Below, piece by piece: positions 63,959-64,000 of a stretch of DNA of 64,000 bases. The notes under the pieces were generated by a model. It worked only from the letters and a program-made list of their open reading frames with translations, ran no database searches and had not been told where the DNA came from. Location: assembly GCA_038139395.1 (NCBI GenBank), contig JAYOSU010000001.1, positions 16,746-80,745 on the forward strand. The letters run 5' to 3'. The number at the start of each line of letters is the position of its first letter. Position 1 is the first letter of the stretch. The stretch is from Cryomorphaceae bacterium. Its GTDB lineage: Bacteria; Bacteroidota; Bacteroidia; Flavobacteriales; Schleiferiaceae. The position numbers and the translations under genes were made by a program.

Positions 63959-64000
63959 AACCTTATATTTTTTTCATGCAACTCAATCTTGTTCGTCCTA

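Noticed and set aside
63977-64000. ATG-initiated reading frame (MQLNLVRP...) at the right edge
   Set aside because: Only 8 codons are visible, which is too short to support a gene call.
1-64000. Search by eye for CRISPR arrays, tRNA/rRNA genes, IS elements, prophage or defence-system genes
   Set aside because: No spaced direct repeats, no intergenic gap long enough for a structured RNA gene (the largest is 234 nt), and no transposase, integrase-cassette, nuclease-helicase or toxin-antitoxin-like ORFs were recognised. Absence is based on reading only, not on a search tool.

Overview
This is a 64-kb chromosomal segment that reads as Bacteroidota, probably Flavobacteriia-like. Supporting signs are a T9SS C-terminal sorting domain, CarboxypepD_reg-type TonB-dependent receptors (one paired with DUF4249), a Lacal_2735-type micro-protein, A-rich start contexts without Shine-Dalgarno sequences, and TAnnTTTG boxes. 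I support about 55 protein genes. They are tightly packed, with many start/stop overlaps.

Most genes are core housekeeping: aroQ, aroC, xerD, ndk, rplS, fabH, htpG, recR, a phosphoglucomutase, a 2-oxoacid dehydrogenase E2, nrnA and hutI/hutG/ftcD. By reading I found no rRNA, tRNA, CRISPR array, transposase, phage genes or recognisable defence genes. I did not find a convincing new defence- or MGE-type system.

The best candidate for undescribed biology is the AT-rich left end (1-7.4 kb). It is a Wzc/Wzx/Wzy surface-polysaccharide operon carrying three different sulfotransferases, and its Wzc kinase ends in a (Gly-Tyr)13 tail encoded by a hexanucleotide microsatellite.

Other points worth a second look:
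- Two tandem cyclophilin-FKBP dual-family immunophilins, plus a third FKBP nearby.
- A split OlsF-like / GlsA-GlsB-like lipoamino-acid lipid gene pair.
- A lipoprotein / His-rich TonB receptor / Fur-family operon with a perfect palindrome upstream.
- A PIG-L deacetylase, 37-aa micro-ORF and Na+/solute symporter module.
- A 1586-aa S8-MAM-PKD T9SS protease whose gene touches opposite-strand genes with zero intergenic bases at both ends.
- Two small ORFs below the ORF-track cutoff.
- A marked GC mosaic across the window.

Functional calls come from motif strings I could read in the translations plus family knowledge. No database search was run.
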